Source of the DNA: Felis catus
Lineage: Eukaryota
Reading direction: 5' to 3'
Assembly: GCF_018350175.1 (NCBI RefSeq)
Contig: NC_058368.1
Coordinates: 191,334,001-191,398,000 of the forward strand
DNA length: 64,000 nt
In this document: piece by piece, positions 12,628-25,267 of the stretch
How the letters are laid out: every line of letters begins with the position of its first letter
Position numbering within the stretch: position 1 is the stretch's first letter
Program-made: the position numbers and the translations under genes
The notes under the pieces: generated by a model
The model's input: the letters and a program-made list of their open reading frames with translations, nothing else
Told to the model about the DNA's origin: nothing
The model's database searches: none

Positions 12628-12778
12628 TTTTTAAATATTTCTTTATTTTTGAGGAGGGGGCAGAAAGAGACAGAGAATCCTAAGCAGGCTCACATGGAGT
12701 GCAAACTCACTGTGAGATCGTGCCCTGAGCCAAAATCAAGAGTTGGACACTTAACCGACTGAGCCACCCAGGTGGCCC
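12628..12778 (-). mobile_element. Can-SINE (older, short form)
   Basis: Ends ACTTAACCGACTGAGCCACCCAGGTGGCCC, the reverse complement of the SINE head. Confidence 0.9.
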
Positions 12779-14523
12779 TAACGATTAAAAAAAAAAAAAT
12801 GGTTTTATTCAAAGAATAAATAAACAGAGCACCAGGCAGAGAAACTCCCTTTTTCTCAAGTCCTACTACTCATATTTATTAAAATTAACTAAGAGACATA
12901 GAGAATTAGCATGAGAAATAAGGAACAACTTCCCTATTTTGATGGCTGGGGGACGTTATCAACAGTACAGCATAAGCCACAGGCAGGAACTGAACTGTGG
13001 CAGATATAGAGGAGAAGGCCATCCTTAGCAGGGAGCTCTCTCTTCTGCTGGGGGTGGGCCAGGGTGATGGACCAAGTGCTTCCGGTACTCATGAAGAACG
13101 CTAAGGGCTAGAAAGCATTAGAGGAAGGAACTGTGAAGTATCTGGTTCTGAGCAGCACTGTGTACCATGGAAGTCTGCTGAAGACAAAGGGAAGGATTTT
13201 GAAGCAAGGTCTAACTTTACACTTGCAGAAATCAGAAAGAATTTAGGACCACCACACTCAACTTTTCCTGTCGTATGGAGCAGAGGTGCACCAAGTGGAG
13301 TGTCTGAACACTGTGAGAGTCGGTAACAGGGACTCTGGGCCCGTTCCCTGAAAGCTGCTTCCAAGAGTTTTCATGTCTTGCACTCAGGCAGCCTTGAACA
13401 ATTCTGAAACTTACTTTTTTGGCCAGAGAGGTCCACTACAGTGCCCTAGGGTTGGGTGTCTTGGGACCCGGGAAGAATGTTAAATCTGCACTGATACTCA
13501 CCTGCATGAGTAGCTGGGGAAAGTTGAGCATACGGGTGGGGGTTGAATTTATTTAGTGGAGTTGGGCCAATATCCCAGCTATTGGCTCATCAGCAGAAAT
13601 GCAGGAGTCCTAGCCACACGATGTAGGGGAATTGGGGTTTGCAGTCATAACTTTTAGCATACCATCCGAGCTCTGTCACAGATTCTCTGCATTCTTAGTT
13701 CCCTTCTTGGAGGCCCAGCACTCTGATCTATGCCATGAGGAATTGTAATAGGCTGTTTATGGATGAGATGAACGAAACTGTATTTATTGCTGAATGCAAA
13801 AGCCAGCCCATCATAGATACCAAGAAAAGTGGGTTTGTCTTCTTTCCTCCCCTTCTCTCCTTTGTGGTGAAAAAGATGAGGAGGCACGTTTAGGCCAAAA
13901 GGAAATGCCCATAAGTCTTAAGAGGCAACACCACCCTGGTCGTAAAATCACAGGAAAGCAAAATAGATCTAGAACTCTTGCAGGCAGTTTTCTCTGACGA
14001 TAGTAATGGGTAACTATGAGAGAAGCCATTTGCTTTTACAGATATCTTCATGGACAGATGCTGTGGCAATCAGGCCAAGCTCCGTGAATGTTGTGGGGCA
14101 TGAAATATGAACAAAAACTAAGTCCCTGAAATGACGTGCCCCAAAGCATCAACTTTCTGGTGCTTCAATTTCAGGCGAGTTTTAGGCTCACTTTCTGATA
14201 TGAGGGATATGAATTATTTACGAAAATAGAATAAAACACTAAACTTTTAGGGTTTTCTTTTTTGGTTTTTGTCTGTTTGCTTATTTGTTTTTAACAGAGC
14301 ACCTACTGAATACATCATTGCTACAGCCACGAGAAGAATAAGGAAGGCTGGGGTTCTCCCTGGGTAACAGATCACTCAGTCACAGAATTTTATACAGGCC
14401 ACTCCTGGAGTCTCAATTTTTCTATCTCCAAAATGAGAAGAGAAGAATTATGATGTTTTTCATCATAACAGTAGTTGTATAGATTGAATGGGACAATACA
14501 TGGCATATGATGAGAACAAGGCC

Positions 14524-14668
14524 GGGACACCTGGGGGGCTCAGTCGGTTAAGCATCCGACTCTTGGCCTCAGCTCAGGTAATGATCTCACCGTTCTTAAG
14601 GTCGAGCCCCACATCAGGCTCTGTACTACTACTGCATAGCCTGCTTGGGATTCTCTCCCTCTCTCTCT
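14524..14668 (+). mobile_element. Can-SINE lacking its A-rich tail
   Basis: GGGACACCTGGGGGGCTCAGTCGGTTAAG..GCCTGCTTGGGATTCTCTCC(CT)n, then unrelated sequence. Confidence 0.9.
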
Positions 14669-15659
14669 CATCACTACAGAGGATACCAAGACAAGCTTAG
14701 GCATTGCCTCATGGTACGTAAGGCACTCTTGTCCATACCCATGATGGCAGAAAGCCTTTGTCCTTGAATGTTAGCACTGATTATTGGAAACAGACCAAAC
14801 TGGTTCAGGGCCAAGTCTAGGCAGGTGACTAAGCTGGGTAATAAAACTGAGGCCTGCTCTGAATGGAGTCAGATTTCCTTGTATGCCCCCATATAATTCT
14901 GAAAGTAATTTTCAAAGGGCTTTGCAATGGAGCATTGGCAGCATTGCTGAAATGAGTGCATGGTTCACTAAGGTGACTACTTTGAAAAAGACAGCATTAT
15001 GATTTCAATATGTAAGACCCGGTGGTTTTGTCAGAAATCAGTCTCTTAAAACACTCCCTGCAGCAGAGCCAAGATTTCCTGTCCCTTTGCGTTTTCCTGT
15101 GTCACTTAGTACGGCTTTGCAGACACGGTGCAAGCTCAATCAAGCACCTATTCTACCAACTGTGAAAGATGCCCCCAGGTGGTGACCCACGCTTGTGCCC
15201 CCCTAATTTTTCTAGATGGTTCAGGACACTTTCTCATTTCAGTCTTGCCACACTCAACTGAAGCATAACCCACTGCTTCCTGCTAAAATTGTATTTCCTG
15301 CTCTTCCCCCTACTACCTCCAAAGGCTTCCTATGATGCGAGCTTGCAGGGCTCCTTCGAGGTACAGTAGTTGTAAAGAAACCAGTAGAGTTTCTAGTAGT
15401 ATCTAGTAGAGGGCACTGAGAGTCCTGACTATGATTCAGTTTAGTGGAAGGACAGGAAGAGTTATGTCAGGGCCATCTGAATGCCAAAGCCCACATATAC
15501 CCTAGATTAGCACAAACACGAGGGCTCTGGAGGGAATGACGCATGTACATTTCCAAAGGTAAATACACTTTCTAGGTTCTCATGGACGCTGACAGAACGA
15601 TTTACCCAAGCTCCATAGGCATAGTGGGTTTATAGTCAGTAAATATCATGATTAAAAAA

Positions 15660-15865
15660 ATAATCTCTTAGACAGATTTTGGGTTAATGTGTGACTCTAC
15701 CCTCTGATTGCTATGTCACCAGACACAGATCATATATCTCTGAGAGCCTCAGTTTTCTTATCTATAACATAGGGATTCTAATAGTCCCTAACTCATTAGA
15801 TGTCACAATGAAAAAATGCAATAAAGCATCTGACACGTAGTAACCATGTAAAAATAGTTGTAGTT
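15660..15865 (+). mobile_element. MIR
   Basis: TCTCTGAGAGCCTCAGTTTTCTTATCTATAACATAGGGAT..TAATAGT core. Confidence 0.7.
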
Positions 15866-15891
15866 ATTATTATTGATTAGAAAGTATTCAG

Positions 15892-16103
15892 GGGGCGCCT
15901 GGGTGGCTCAGTTGGTTGAGCGTCTGACTTCAGCTCAGGTCATGATCTCACGGTTAGTGGGTTTGAGCCCTGCATCAGGCTCTGCACTGACAGCTCAGAG
16001 CCTGGAGCCTGCTTCGAATTCTGTCTCCCTTTCTCTGCCCATCCCCCACTTGCATTCTCTCTCTGTCTCTTGAAAATAAATAAATGTCAAAAAATTTAAA
16101 AAA
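15892..16103 (+). mobile_element. Can-SINE (feline type)
   Basis: Full head, body and tail; TSD AAAGTATTCAG at 15881-15891 and 16104-16114. Confidence 0.95.
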
Positions 16104-17864
16104 AAAGTATTCAGACCATAAGTATTTGCTTATCCCCTTTTCTATCAATCTGTTAAACAACTGCATGTTTTTCTTCATAAGAAATACGTACTTACCAATG
16201 TATGTGCAGAAAACCTCTACCATACCAAATGCCATTGTTTTCATGTATTAAAAAAAAAAAAAAAACAACTTACTCTTCTCATTGAAAACCTATACTTTTC
16301 CAAAAAGGCTGGGATTAAAGGTTTTAAAAAATGATTCCGCAATAGACCTAAAAACACCCAAACGAAACACCGACATTTGGTTTAATAAATGCCTTACTTG
16401 CCTACTTCAGGAAGGAACTGATAACTCTTAGTTTTCATTTCTAGCCAATGGAGATTAAAGCTTGCCAGGGGACAGCAGGTGAGCAACATATAGGATGGAT
16501 GATTGGATTTTTAATCTTCACTAGTCTTCAGCAACCCATATCCAGCAATGTCTATTTGTCGGCTACCATGTTAAATTGCCAGCCAATTAAAGGCCAAAGG
16601 GAGCAACTGTTACCTGGCTATTTATAGTGAGAGTCACACTTTGTTTTCAGGGAAACATTTTAAATTATTTCCCATAAAAAGTATACAAATTAAAGCTGCC
16701 GCTGAATTAAAATAAGAAACGTAAATACTCATCAGCTGTGGAAGATCATTTTTAAAGACTAATTGAGATGTAATTGCTCAAAAATTAAAATAAAATATAC
16801 AGAATAATAAAATAGAAAATGAAGATAAATTTTAAAGCAAATAAAGGGGAGCATATTTATCTGTGTCTTTAAGCAAGGCAAAATTCTCCAAATATTACCT
16901 ATTTACCAACAGAAGCAGGAGGAAGCCAAAGCAAGCAAAAGGAAAACTGGGTTGTTATTTGATGATCCTGATACATGAATAGAACGTCAGAAATTTCAGA
17001 CCGGGAAACTGATGGAAAGAAGTGTATAACCAATAATCCTGGATGCATTTCTTACTTCCCTTTTCTCCAAAGCCATTGTTAGCCCTCGTCGTATTTCTCC
17101 CATCATCACATATTCAAAGTGCTTGAGTTCTCCCACGCGAGATGTGGAGTTCCAGGGTAGACTTAAGAACAGGGACCCCAGACCCAGAGCAGAAGTGGAA
17201 AACTACTACTACTCCTTATGTGTGTCAGTTTCAGCCTTTGGGGAGAGAAACTGGAGCTTCCTTGGGGAGACTGCAACTCTGCCCTGTAGGGAAGCTCTTA
17301 CGTGAGTCCATTTAGATAAGCAGATATACTGTTCTTGCGGAAGTCTTAAATCTGGGGAGCAACCCAAGCACAGGTGCCCCTAAGATGTCAGGTTTTCAGC
17401 CTAGTGAAAGAAAATGGGTTCATCTTTATCAGAAATGGGTTCATCTTCCTTAAGGCTCTCCCCTTCCGGCCACATTTAATTTTCTTCTATGAATTTTCAC
17501 CAGACTACCTTGAAAATTATTGTTCGGGGTGAGGTAGGGGATATGTGTAGGCTTTTACTATTTTTGTCAGAGGATTTTCTCAGAGGGGATCATGAAGCTG
17601 GAGCCTGACAGGAGAAAGACACAGGTCTGAACTCTCTTCACCGCATGCTGGGAAGTGCCCAGCCTTGGTGCCTGGGCAGGGTCAAGACTCTTGGTGTCCT
17701 ACCCCTGACATAAGCAAGAACTCAGAAGTGAGTAAATGTTCTGTCAGCTCCTGTGAGGGCCTCCCCTGGGCTTGACAGAGCAGGTCAAGAGAGTGGCCGG
17801 GGCTGGGATCCCCTCAAGGAAATGGATGTTAGCACTATTGGTTGTGGAAGCAACAAAGGGGAAT

Positions 17865-18017
17865 TGGAAAGAAAAGAGGAGAGAGAAGGAGACAGGGAGA
17901 GAGAGGGAGGGGATAGGAGGGAGGGGGTAAGGGAGAGAAAAGAAGGAAGAAGGAGAAGAAAAAGGAGGAGAAGGGAAGGTAGAGGAGGGAGGGGTGGAGA
18001 GGGCAGGGGAAGAGAAA
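17865..18017. repeat. GA-rich low-complexity polypurine tract
   Basis: About 150 nt of almost pure A/G. Confidence 0.85.
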
Positions 18018-18169
18018 ACCAGATCATATATTATGCCCTGGGAAACTCTACCACAAAATCATTGCTTCTGATCCACAATTGCTGACTTTTGTTTGTTTTC
18101 TACTATAATAGGTTTCTCTCTCTCTCTCTCTAATCCTGGGGTTAGGGCAAGGACTTGGGCGTCAAATGT

Positions 18170-18385
18170 CAGTTTGAAAGTGTAGATGGGAATCTTCTGA
18201 AACGGACTACTGTACGACCTTGATGTGATCTGTTAATCCAAGTTTCAGTTTCCTCAAATGAAAAACAAAACAAAAAAAAGATAATAAATCCATTTTCCTT
18301 GGAGCTGTTAGGAGAGTTAGGCAAGTCAATATATACCATGCTAAGCGTCCTGTCTGACACATAGCTAGTACATGGTGCTAATTAG
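18170..18385 (+). mobile_element. MIR
   Basis: TTTCAGTTTCCTCAAATG..GTTAGGAGAGTTAG..CTGACACATAG. Confidence 0.6.
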
Positions 18386-18968
18386 GAAATATCTCTATGA
18401 CAAGAACGCTACTTAACACCTTCCAACCGTATTTTAAAAAATATCTCCGAAAACACTGATCGCATATGGAAAATGTTATTCATCAGTTCCTTAAATTCTA
18501 GCACCCGAAAGTTACTCTAAGGGCAGCCCCACAAAATCTTCTCAAAAACCAAAACAAGAAAACAAAATATAAGTCTCTGTACACCGTAAAGGCGGACTGT
18601 CTCAAGACAATACAGAACATCCAGACAAAGAGGAGCATTCTACCAAGGGACGTACGTCCCGGATCCCCCCTGTACAAGGTGCATGACATCTGGAACACAC
18701 CAAGCAAGGCCACTGGCACGCTCTCCAGGCGGAACTTGGAATTAAAACTTGGAGAAACCCCAGGGCAAGAGCTGAGAATAAGGATGAAAGACACAGCGCT
18801 GGCTCAGGGCACCTGGCGAAAGGCCTGGCTCATAAATGTAAGCGAGATAAACGAATGAACGAAGGCATGGGAAGAAAAACTACAGGTGACTGAGAGAGGC
18901 TGATGAATGTGCTAAGCTATGTCCCATTAAACTGAGAAATGAGGCCAGGGACCCATAAATGACCTCAC

Positions 18969-19051
18969 CGTAGCTAAGTGGTACAATACGACGTCCAGCG
19001 TTTGCAGCAAACTTGTAGTTTGGCCGACCTCGAATGACACTCATTGGAGTT
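18969..19051 (-). CDS. Candidate 83-nt internal exon, probably coding; gene not recognised; peptide xTPMSVIRGRPNYKFAANAGRRIVPLSY
   Basis: Pyrimidine tract CCTTCACCCTTCCTTCTCTCTGCCCTTTATCTTCCACAACAG|, donor TACG|GTGAGG; only one of three frames is stop-free; 6 CpGs in 83 nt, 4 of them in CGN Arg codons. Confidence 0.55.
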
Positions 19052-19249
19052 CTGTTGTGGAAGATAAAGGGCAGAGAGAAGGAAGGGTGAAGGATTTGGT
19101 CTTGGGGAATAAACTCCCAAACTATTGGGGCCCTGACGACAAGCAAGTTCCTGGCATAGGACTGTGTGAAGAGTTTTGTTTGGCATTAGGATGAAAAACC
19201 TCCTCCTTCTCAACACGGCATTTATTTACAGAAATAGCCCTTTCTGCTT

Positions 19250-19850
19250 ATAAGTGCTTTCTTAGCCACAGGCACAGGGGTCCTCTGGGCGTGGTTTCCT
19301 TTCAACCTCACAGCAATCCCTGGGGCAGATATGATCTCCAATCTCACAGAGGAAGACATCTGGGCTTAGACTTGCTAAGTGCACAGTATTTCTAGTAGAT
19401 GGTTGGAGCGGGACTCAAATGGTGCTCTCAAGATATATGTTTTTAACTATTTTTATTATTGTCACCATGCTTATACACATTCCTCGATATTCACTGTCTG
19501 CCTATGTTAAGTGTGGTAAGTAACAGCATTTCCTTATGAGTGGAAGACACAAGTCTTACTCCTAGGGGAACACACACTCTGGCTGGGAATCAGATACAAG
19601 AAGTGGACGGCAGAAGAGAGTAATGGTGAGGCGTGGAATGTCTGAGTTTCTGCCTGGGTTTATTCCCTGACTCTGCCTTTCCCCAGCTGTGGGACCTTGG
19701 GCATTTCATTCCTTTAAGGCCTCAGTCTTTCCATCTGTAAAATGGGGATGGCAATAACAATACCTAGCTCCTTTTGTTTTGTGAGGAGTAGTTTAGCTCA
19801 TACATGTATAATACATGGACCAGGAAGTAGCCACCCAGGATAAGCAGCCA
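19250..19850. mobile_element. MIR fragments (minus about 19250-19420; plus about 19610-19850)
   Basis: GGCCTCAGTCTTTCCATCTGTAAAATGGGGATGGCAATAACA core; CCTCACAGCAATCCCTG. Confidence 0.7.
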
Positions 19851-20019
19851 TTCGACGTTAGCTTTTGTGCCAAGTGTTTAAAGACTGCTTCTATCCACGC
19901 TGTTCACTGCAGCCCTCACCACAATCCTGTGAGGCAGGTAGGAGCCTAGCGATGTCACTATCCTGGCAAACTCATGCCCCACTCTTAGAGGACTCTTATA
20001 ACGTCTCTGCTCAAGCCCT

Positions 20020-21195
20020 TGGTACCTCTCAGCTATTGACCTCCATTACTCCTTTACCAGGAAAAGTGAAGTCATCAGAAAAGAACTTCTACAAGTTCCC
20101 AGTATTGAATTTACCTACCTCCACTCATCTGTGCCCATTCTTGCCTTCCGCTTTGGCACGGATGAAGTGTTTGTGTGCCCATCTGTGGTAGGCAGGATAC
20201 TGGCCTCATCCCACCCCAGGCCCTGTGAATATGTTGTATTACGTGACAAAGGGGAGCTAAACAAGCAGATGGAGTTAAGGTTATCATTGAGCTGATCTTA
20301 CAACAGGGAGATGATTCTTGATTACTTAGGCAGAGCCAGTGTAATCACATGGGTCCTTAAAAATAGGAAATGGGGAGGCAGAAGAGACAGGTGGGAGTGA
20401 TCTGATGGCAGAAGGACTGGCCCCACGGTCACTGTCCTTGAAGATGAAAGAAGAGAGCCACCACGAAGGAAGGAGGGCAGTCATCAAAGCTGGAAAACAG
20501 AAGGAACTGGATTCTCCCCTGGAGCACCCAGAAAGGAATAGCCCTGCTGACACCTCAATTTTGGCCCATGGAATCCCGTTCCAGACATCTGACCTCCAGA
20601 AACGTAGTCCTGCCTTGAGGCAAGGGAACCCAGCTTTATAACCTCATATGAACTAGTCCTTACATGCAGGCTGCCCCAGGAAGGCAGCATGACCTTGGAG
20701 GAGGCAGCACTCCAAGGTCAAGAGCATCTTCCAGAGGATTCAGTGGAGTAGCCAGAAGCTTTGGGGATGAGTCCCTCGGCACTCAAGGGAGAATCCACAC
20801 AGGACATCCCAGCATCCACTACAGGCACCTCCCACCATCCTTTCCTCTACCTGAAATGCTGCCCTCCAGATACATGTAAGCCCCTATATTCAACCCTTTC
20901 AGACTTTATCAGATATCACTGCTCAGTGATGCCTTTCTTGACCACCTTACTCAAAACACATCACCTTTCCACTCCAAAGTTCTCCATCCCCTTCCTGATC
21001 TGTTTTCCCCAGAGCACTCATCTGATGCACTTCAATAGTTTATTATCTTTATATTTATAATCTCCTTCCTTACACTAGGTTTAAATCTCCAAGGGCAAGG
21101 ACTCTTGCCTATATTATTCACTGCTTTATGCCCACCCCTCAGAATAGTACCTGGTCTCTGAAAGAAACTCAGTAAATATTTGTCGAATGAATGGA
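20020..21195 (+). mobile_element. L2 LINE interrupted by an MLT1 LTR
   Basis: Ends CTCCAAGGGCAAGGACT..TTCACTGCT..CTCAGTAAATATTTGTCGAATGAATG (L2 3' end). Confidence 0.7.
20185..20602 (+). mobile_element. MaLR LTR (MLT1D-like), 3' end missing
   Basis: TGTGGTAGGCAG start, CCTGTGAATATGTT, GTAATCACATGGGTCCTTAAAA, GATTCTCCCCTGGAGC, GCCCTGCTGACACCT, CTGACCTCCAGAA. Confidence 0.85.
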
Positions 21196-21581
21196 GGAGA
21201 GATAGGAGATCACACAGGATGGGAGACACTGAATACTTGCCCAAGGTCACAAATAAGTGTGAAAAACTAGCAAGATTCTGGACATCAATCAGAGTTTTTC
21301 GACTCTATGCCTAGTGCTCTAAAATTTCGCTGAACAACAAGACATCCTCCCTGATCTCTCTTCGTATATTGTGAAGAACAAAATCAAAGATGTAGAATTG
21401 ATCAGGATGGCCTGGTAGATTTCTGAATAAAGAGTGAAATCACTGGGGAGAGGGAAACAACACTGGAGTATAATCAATAATGAGTAACCACATTTTGACT
21501 CAAAACATACCATTTAATCCATTTTAAAATGTGATCATCACAGGACATTATTCATCCAACAAAAGTCCTGAGTATCAGTTA

Positions 21582-21795
21582 TTTTTATTTAATTTTTTAC
21601 ATTAATTTTTGAGGAAGAGACAGCGTGAATGGGGGAGAGGCAGCGACAGAAAGAGGGGGAGAGAGAATCCCAAGCAGACTCCAAGTTGTCAGCACAGAGC
21701 CCGATGCGGGGCTCAAACTCATGAAACCATGAGATCATGACCCGAGCCAAAAGCAATAGGCAGGTACTTAACCGCCTGAGCCATCCAGGTGCCCC
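21582..21795 (-). mobile_element. Can-SINE
   Basis: Reverse-complement head at 21760-21795; TSD TGAG(T)TATCAGTTA. Confidence 0.93.
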
Positions 21796-22369
21796 TGAGT
21801 TATCAGTTATATATCCGGTACTGAGCCGAGCTCTGGGGATACAGTTGATGAAATAAAGTAGACATGTCTGTCACCTCCTGGACTTCTGACAGCCTTGTCC
21901 TATAATATATACCTAGGCAAGAAGATCTGTGTGTATCAAACGGAAGAACGCTATTGATTGGAAATCAAACTTCCTCTTAAGATTTGATATCTAATGGAGG
22001 GAAAAAAATAAACATTTCACAGCTCGTGTTCTAGATGGTATCTCAAGTAATGGAGAGAACTAGTATTTTGGCAAAAGTAAAAAGTCAGTGACTATCTTGA
22101 TAAAATGTTAATTTCCCACAAGTGACTTGAATTATAAAAACTAGAAAATGTTTTTCCTTCTTATGTTCACTGTGGCCTTACACAGACCTTCCCCAGCAAG
22201 AGAGGAACAACTAACAAAGTTTTTAAAGCTATTCGGCAGATTACTTAGTCAAGCCCCTCCATTTCATCCCACAGATGCCACTTAACCTCCAGGTTTCAGC
22301 AAGGCTGTGCTAGCGACACAGCAGCTCTTCTCCACAGCCTGCATGGACCAAGAAGCAGGGAGAATAAGT

Positions 22370-23070
22370 GAACAGGGTTCAATTGCAGCTCCCCAAATAT
22401 TTGTCCAAGCCCTAAGCCTTGGCACCTGTGAATGTGACCTAATTTGGAAGAGGGGTCTCTACAGATGTAATTAAGTGGAAGATCTCAAGGTGAGATCATC
22501 CTGGATTAATGAGATGGACCCTGACTCCAGTGACAAATGTCCTTATAAAAAGAAGAAAAGACATGATGTATCTTCTCAGGCTGAGGACTCCCTGAGGAGA
22601 AGCACAGAAACACACAGAAAAAGCCAACTGAAGACAGAGGCCGAGATGGAGTTTACGCTGCCACAGCCAAGGAATGTTGGAAGCCACGTAAGCTAAAAGA
22701 GGCAAGGGAGGACAGCCATGCAGCACCTTACTTCTTGATTTCTGGCCTCTAGAACTATGGAAGAATAAATTTCTGGGTTTTTTTAATGCTTTTAATGTTT
22801 ATTTATTTTTGAGAGAGAGAAAAATAGAGCACAAGTGTGGGAGGGGCAGAAAGAGAGGGAGACACAGAATCCGAAGTAGGCCCCATGCTCTGAGCTGTCA
22901 GCACACAGCCTAATGCGGGGCTTGATCTCATGAATCATGAGATCATGACCTGAGCTGAAATCAGGAGTCGGATGCCCAACCGACTGAGCCACCCAGGCAC
23001 AGCTAAATTTCTTGTTTTAAACAATCCAGTTTGTCATAATTTATTATGGCAGCCTTAGGAAACAAATACA
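22370..23070 (+). mobile_element. MaLR solo LTR (MLT1B-like) interrupted by a Can-SINE
   Basis: CACCTGTGAATGTGACCT, CAGATGTAATTAAG, TTCTGGCCTCTAGAACT, GGCAGCCTTAGGAAACAAATACA end. Confidence 0.88.
22778..23001 (-). mobile_element. Can-SINE inside the MLT1 LTR
   Basis: Reverse-complement SINE; TSD TAAATTTCT at 22766-22774 and 23004-23012. Confidence 0.93.
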
Positions 23071-24367
23071 GTAAAGATTCCAGGGATCGAGAAAAAGGAA
23101 GCTCATTATCTTCTGTGCAAGCTGAAGATACAAGCTGCCATCACCTGTCAGAGGAGAATCTCCATTCATGTAGAGTTTTGATTTCTTTTCCTCAGAGTTG
23201 ATTAAATCCTGTCTTTTTTTTTTTTTTTAACTCAATGTTCCATTGGTCATAGAGCTTCCTAACTTCAAAAATAACCTAGTATTAAACAAGCCAGATGCCA
23301 AGTCAATAAAATCACCTCTTGCCAGCTGGTAATATCTGTGATAGATTTACAAGAAGCAGCAAGAAGGGTCTAAATCATGAACACAAACACTTCAGCCTAT
23401 AGCACGCCCACCCTGGATGAACCAGAGGGAATGCCAAGGCCATGGAAGGCAGAAGACGTAAGGAAAGAATAGCAAGGAGGCAATTTCAGTGGGATACTGA
23501 AAACAACATTATTAATTTTTAAAGTGGAAATGCAATTATTTCAATGTTTGCCTTCTCCAGTATTACAAGTAATACTGATTCCTTCTCTTTTGAATTATGT
23601 TGGTGCTCACCATCAACTTAACACATTTTATACTTAATTCCCTATAGTTTTACACCTGCCAGTTAATTGTTACACAACTGTCTTTATAACTCACCCTGTG
23701 AGCTGTTTTAGTCTAGAGACTATCTCCTATTTTCCTTTCTTATATCCCCAGTTTCTTTTCAGGGCTGAGTAAAAAAGAGGAGATAATTAAGAGATAGCTA
23801 TTAATTGATTTTTAACTTTATTTTCCTAGTCATAAGCTTCTACCCCAATATTATAACTATTCTTCCTAATGAATGTTGAAGCATTGCTATGTCAGTGTAT
23901 CAGTAGATCTAAAAAAATATATATATAGGTAGCATGTTCATATACGTGTGTCTACACAACAGATACCCCAACACACACATGCTAACATGAAGCAGAAGTA
24001 TTTGACCCCAAAGCAGTTCTGATAACAACTATCATCATATCTGAGAGTTCTAGTAATATGTTAGGTAATTATTTTTCACAAAGGAGAACAAGAAAGATGA
24101 AAATATCTTCAATATAACAGACAATGGCGTGTTTGCACAGATAATATTGGAACCAAAATATTCAAGTGTCCCAATCTGAAATATTACACATTGCACTGTG
24201 TATAATTAGTTATAAGCCAACCCTGGCTTCAGAATACTTCAAAAAATTTTGAGAAAATTCATAATAATAATGTTAATTTAGTGGTTATTCTGGTTCAGCC
24301 ATGGTTCTAAATGCTTTATGTTCATTGAACTCACTTATTTATTAAATCATCAAATATTTATGGAGTT

Positions 24368-24435
24368 TGTGATGGTTAATTTTATGTCAACTTGACTGAG
24401 CCAAGGGAAACTTAGACATTTAGTCAAACAAAATC
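24368..24435 (+). mobile_element. MLT2 (ERVL) LTR 5' fragment
   Basis: TGTGATGGTTAATTTTATGTCAACTTGACTG is the MLT2 5' terminus. Confidence 0.7.
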
Positions 24436-25058
24436 CATGTCTCAGAGGCTTTACAATCTATCACTGAATCTGAAAGGAGAACCGTAATATAGCCCCAGTA
24501 ACAGTTTTTTTTATCCCTGTTTTACAAATAGGACACAAAGAATTGCCTTAACGCCAGACCTGGGTCACCAACCAAGTGGATTCCCGTTGCTATCACGTTA
24601 ACCTAGTACATCTTAGCAGGGTCCATTTTAATCTCTGATTTTATTGATTCATGTCTCCTCGGTTTAGCAAACACATGCGTGTGCCATGTAAGTACACTTC
24701 CTTCTGCAAGTTCAGTCAAATGTGGTGTTACAAGGTAGGTAGGAAGTGAAAGTGGGGCTTTTCTTCAGGAGTCAAAGTTTAAGAAGCAATAAACTTCAAC
24801 CAAAAAACAGTCTAAAATTACTGATGAGCCAGAGATACTTTCAAACACTCTTTGAAATAATGCTTTGTTATCTTTCACAGACAGAAGGGTCGGGCGGGAT
24901 GTCCATAGTCCATATGGTAGAGACGTATGAAGGTTTGGCCATCAGCAGTCACAGTTTTAGGTCTCAGTTTGACCAGACTTGTGAAACTGGCCTATCTGCT
25001 TACCCCAATGGCGCCTCCATTTCTGACCTGCAAAGTGGGGATAAAAAGAATATTTGCC

Positions 25059-25267
25059 AGGGTGCCTGGGTGGCTCAGTCGGTTAAGCGTCCGACGTCAG
25101 CCAGGTCACGATCTCGCGGTCCGTGAGTTCGAGCCCCGCGTCGGGCTCTGGGCTGATGGCTCGGAGCCTGGAGCCTGTTTCTGATTCTGTGTCTCCCTCT
25201 CTCTCTGCCCCTCCCCTGTTCATGCTCTGTCTCTCTCTGTCTCAAAAATAAATAAACGTTAAAAAAA
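25059..25267 (+). mobile_element. Young feline SINEC_Fc inserted into a MIR
   Basis: Many intact CpGs, uninterrupted A tail, perfect 16-bp TSD AAAAAGAATATTTGCC (25043-25058, 25268-25283). Confidence 0.97.

Noticed and set aside
17411..17447. Short direct repeat AAATGGGTTCATCTT x2 (similar CATCACCCTAG x2 near 32863-32889)
   Set aside because: Two-copy local slippage duplications; not a CRISPR-like or regular array.
17753..18085. Arg/Glu/Gly-rich ORF and its Leu/Ser/Pro-rich antisense ORF
   Set aside because: Translation of the GA low-complexity tract.
18647..18660. 14-bp palindrome GGGACGTACGTCCC (and a 9-bp-arm inverted repeat at 42872-42893)
   Set aside because: A few palindromes of this length are expected by chance in 64 kb.
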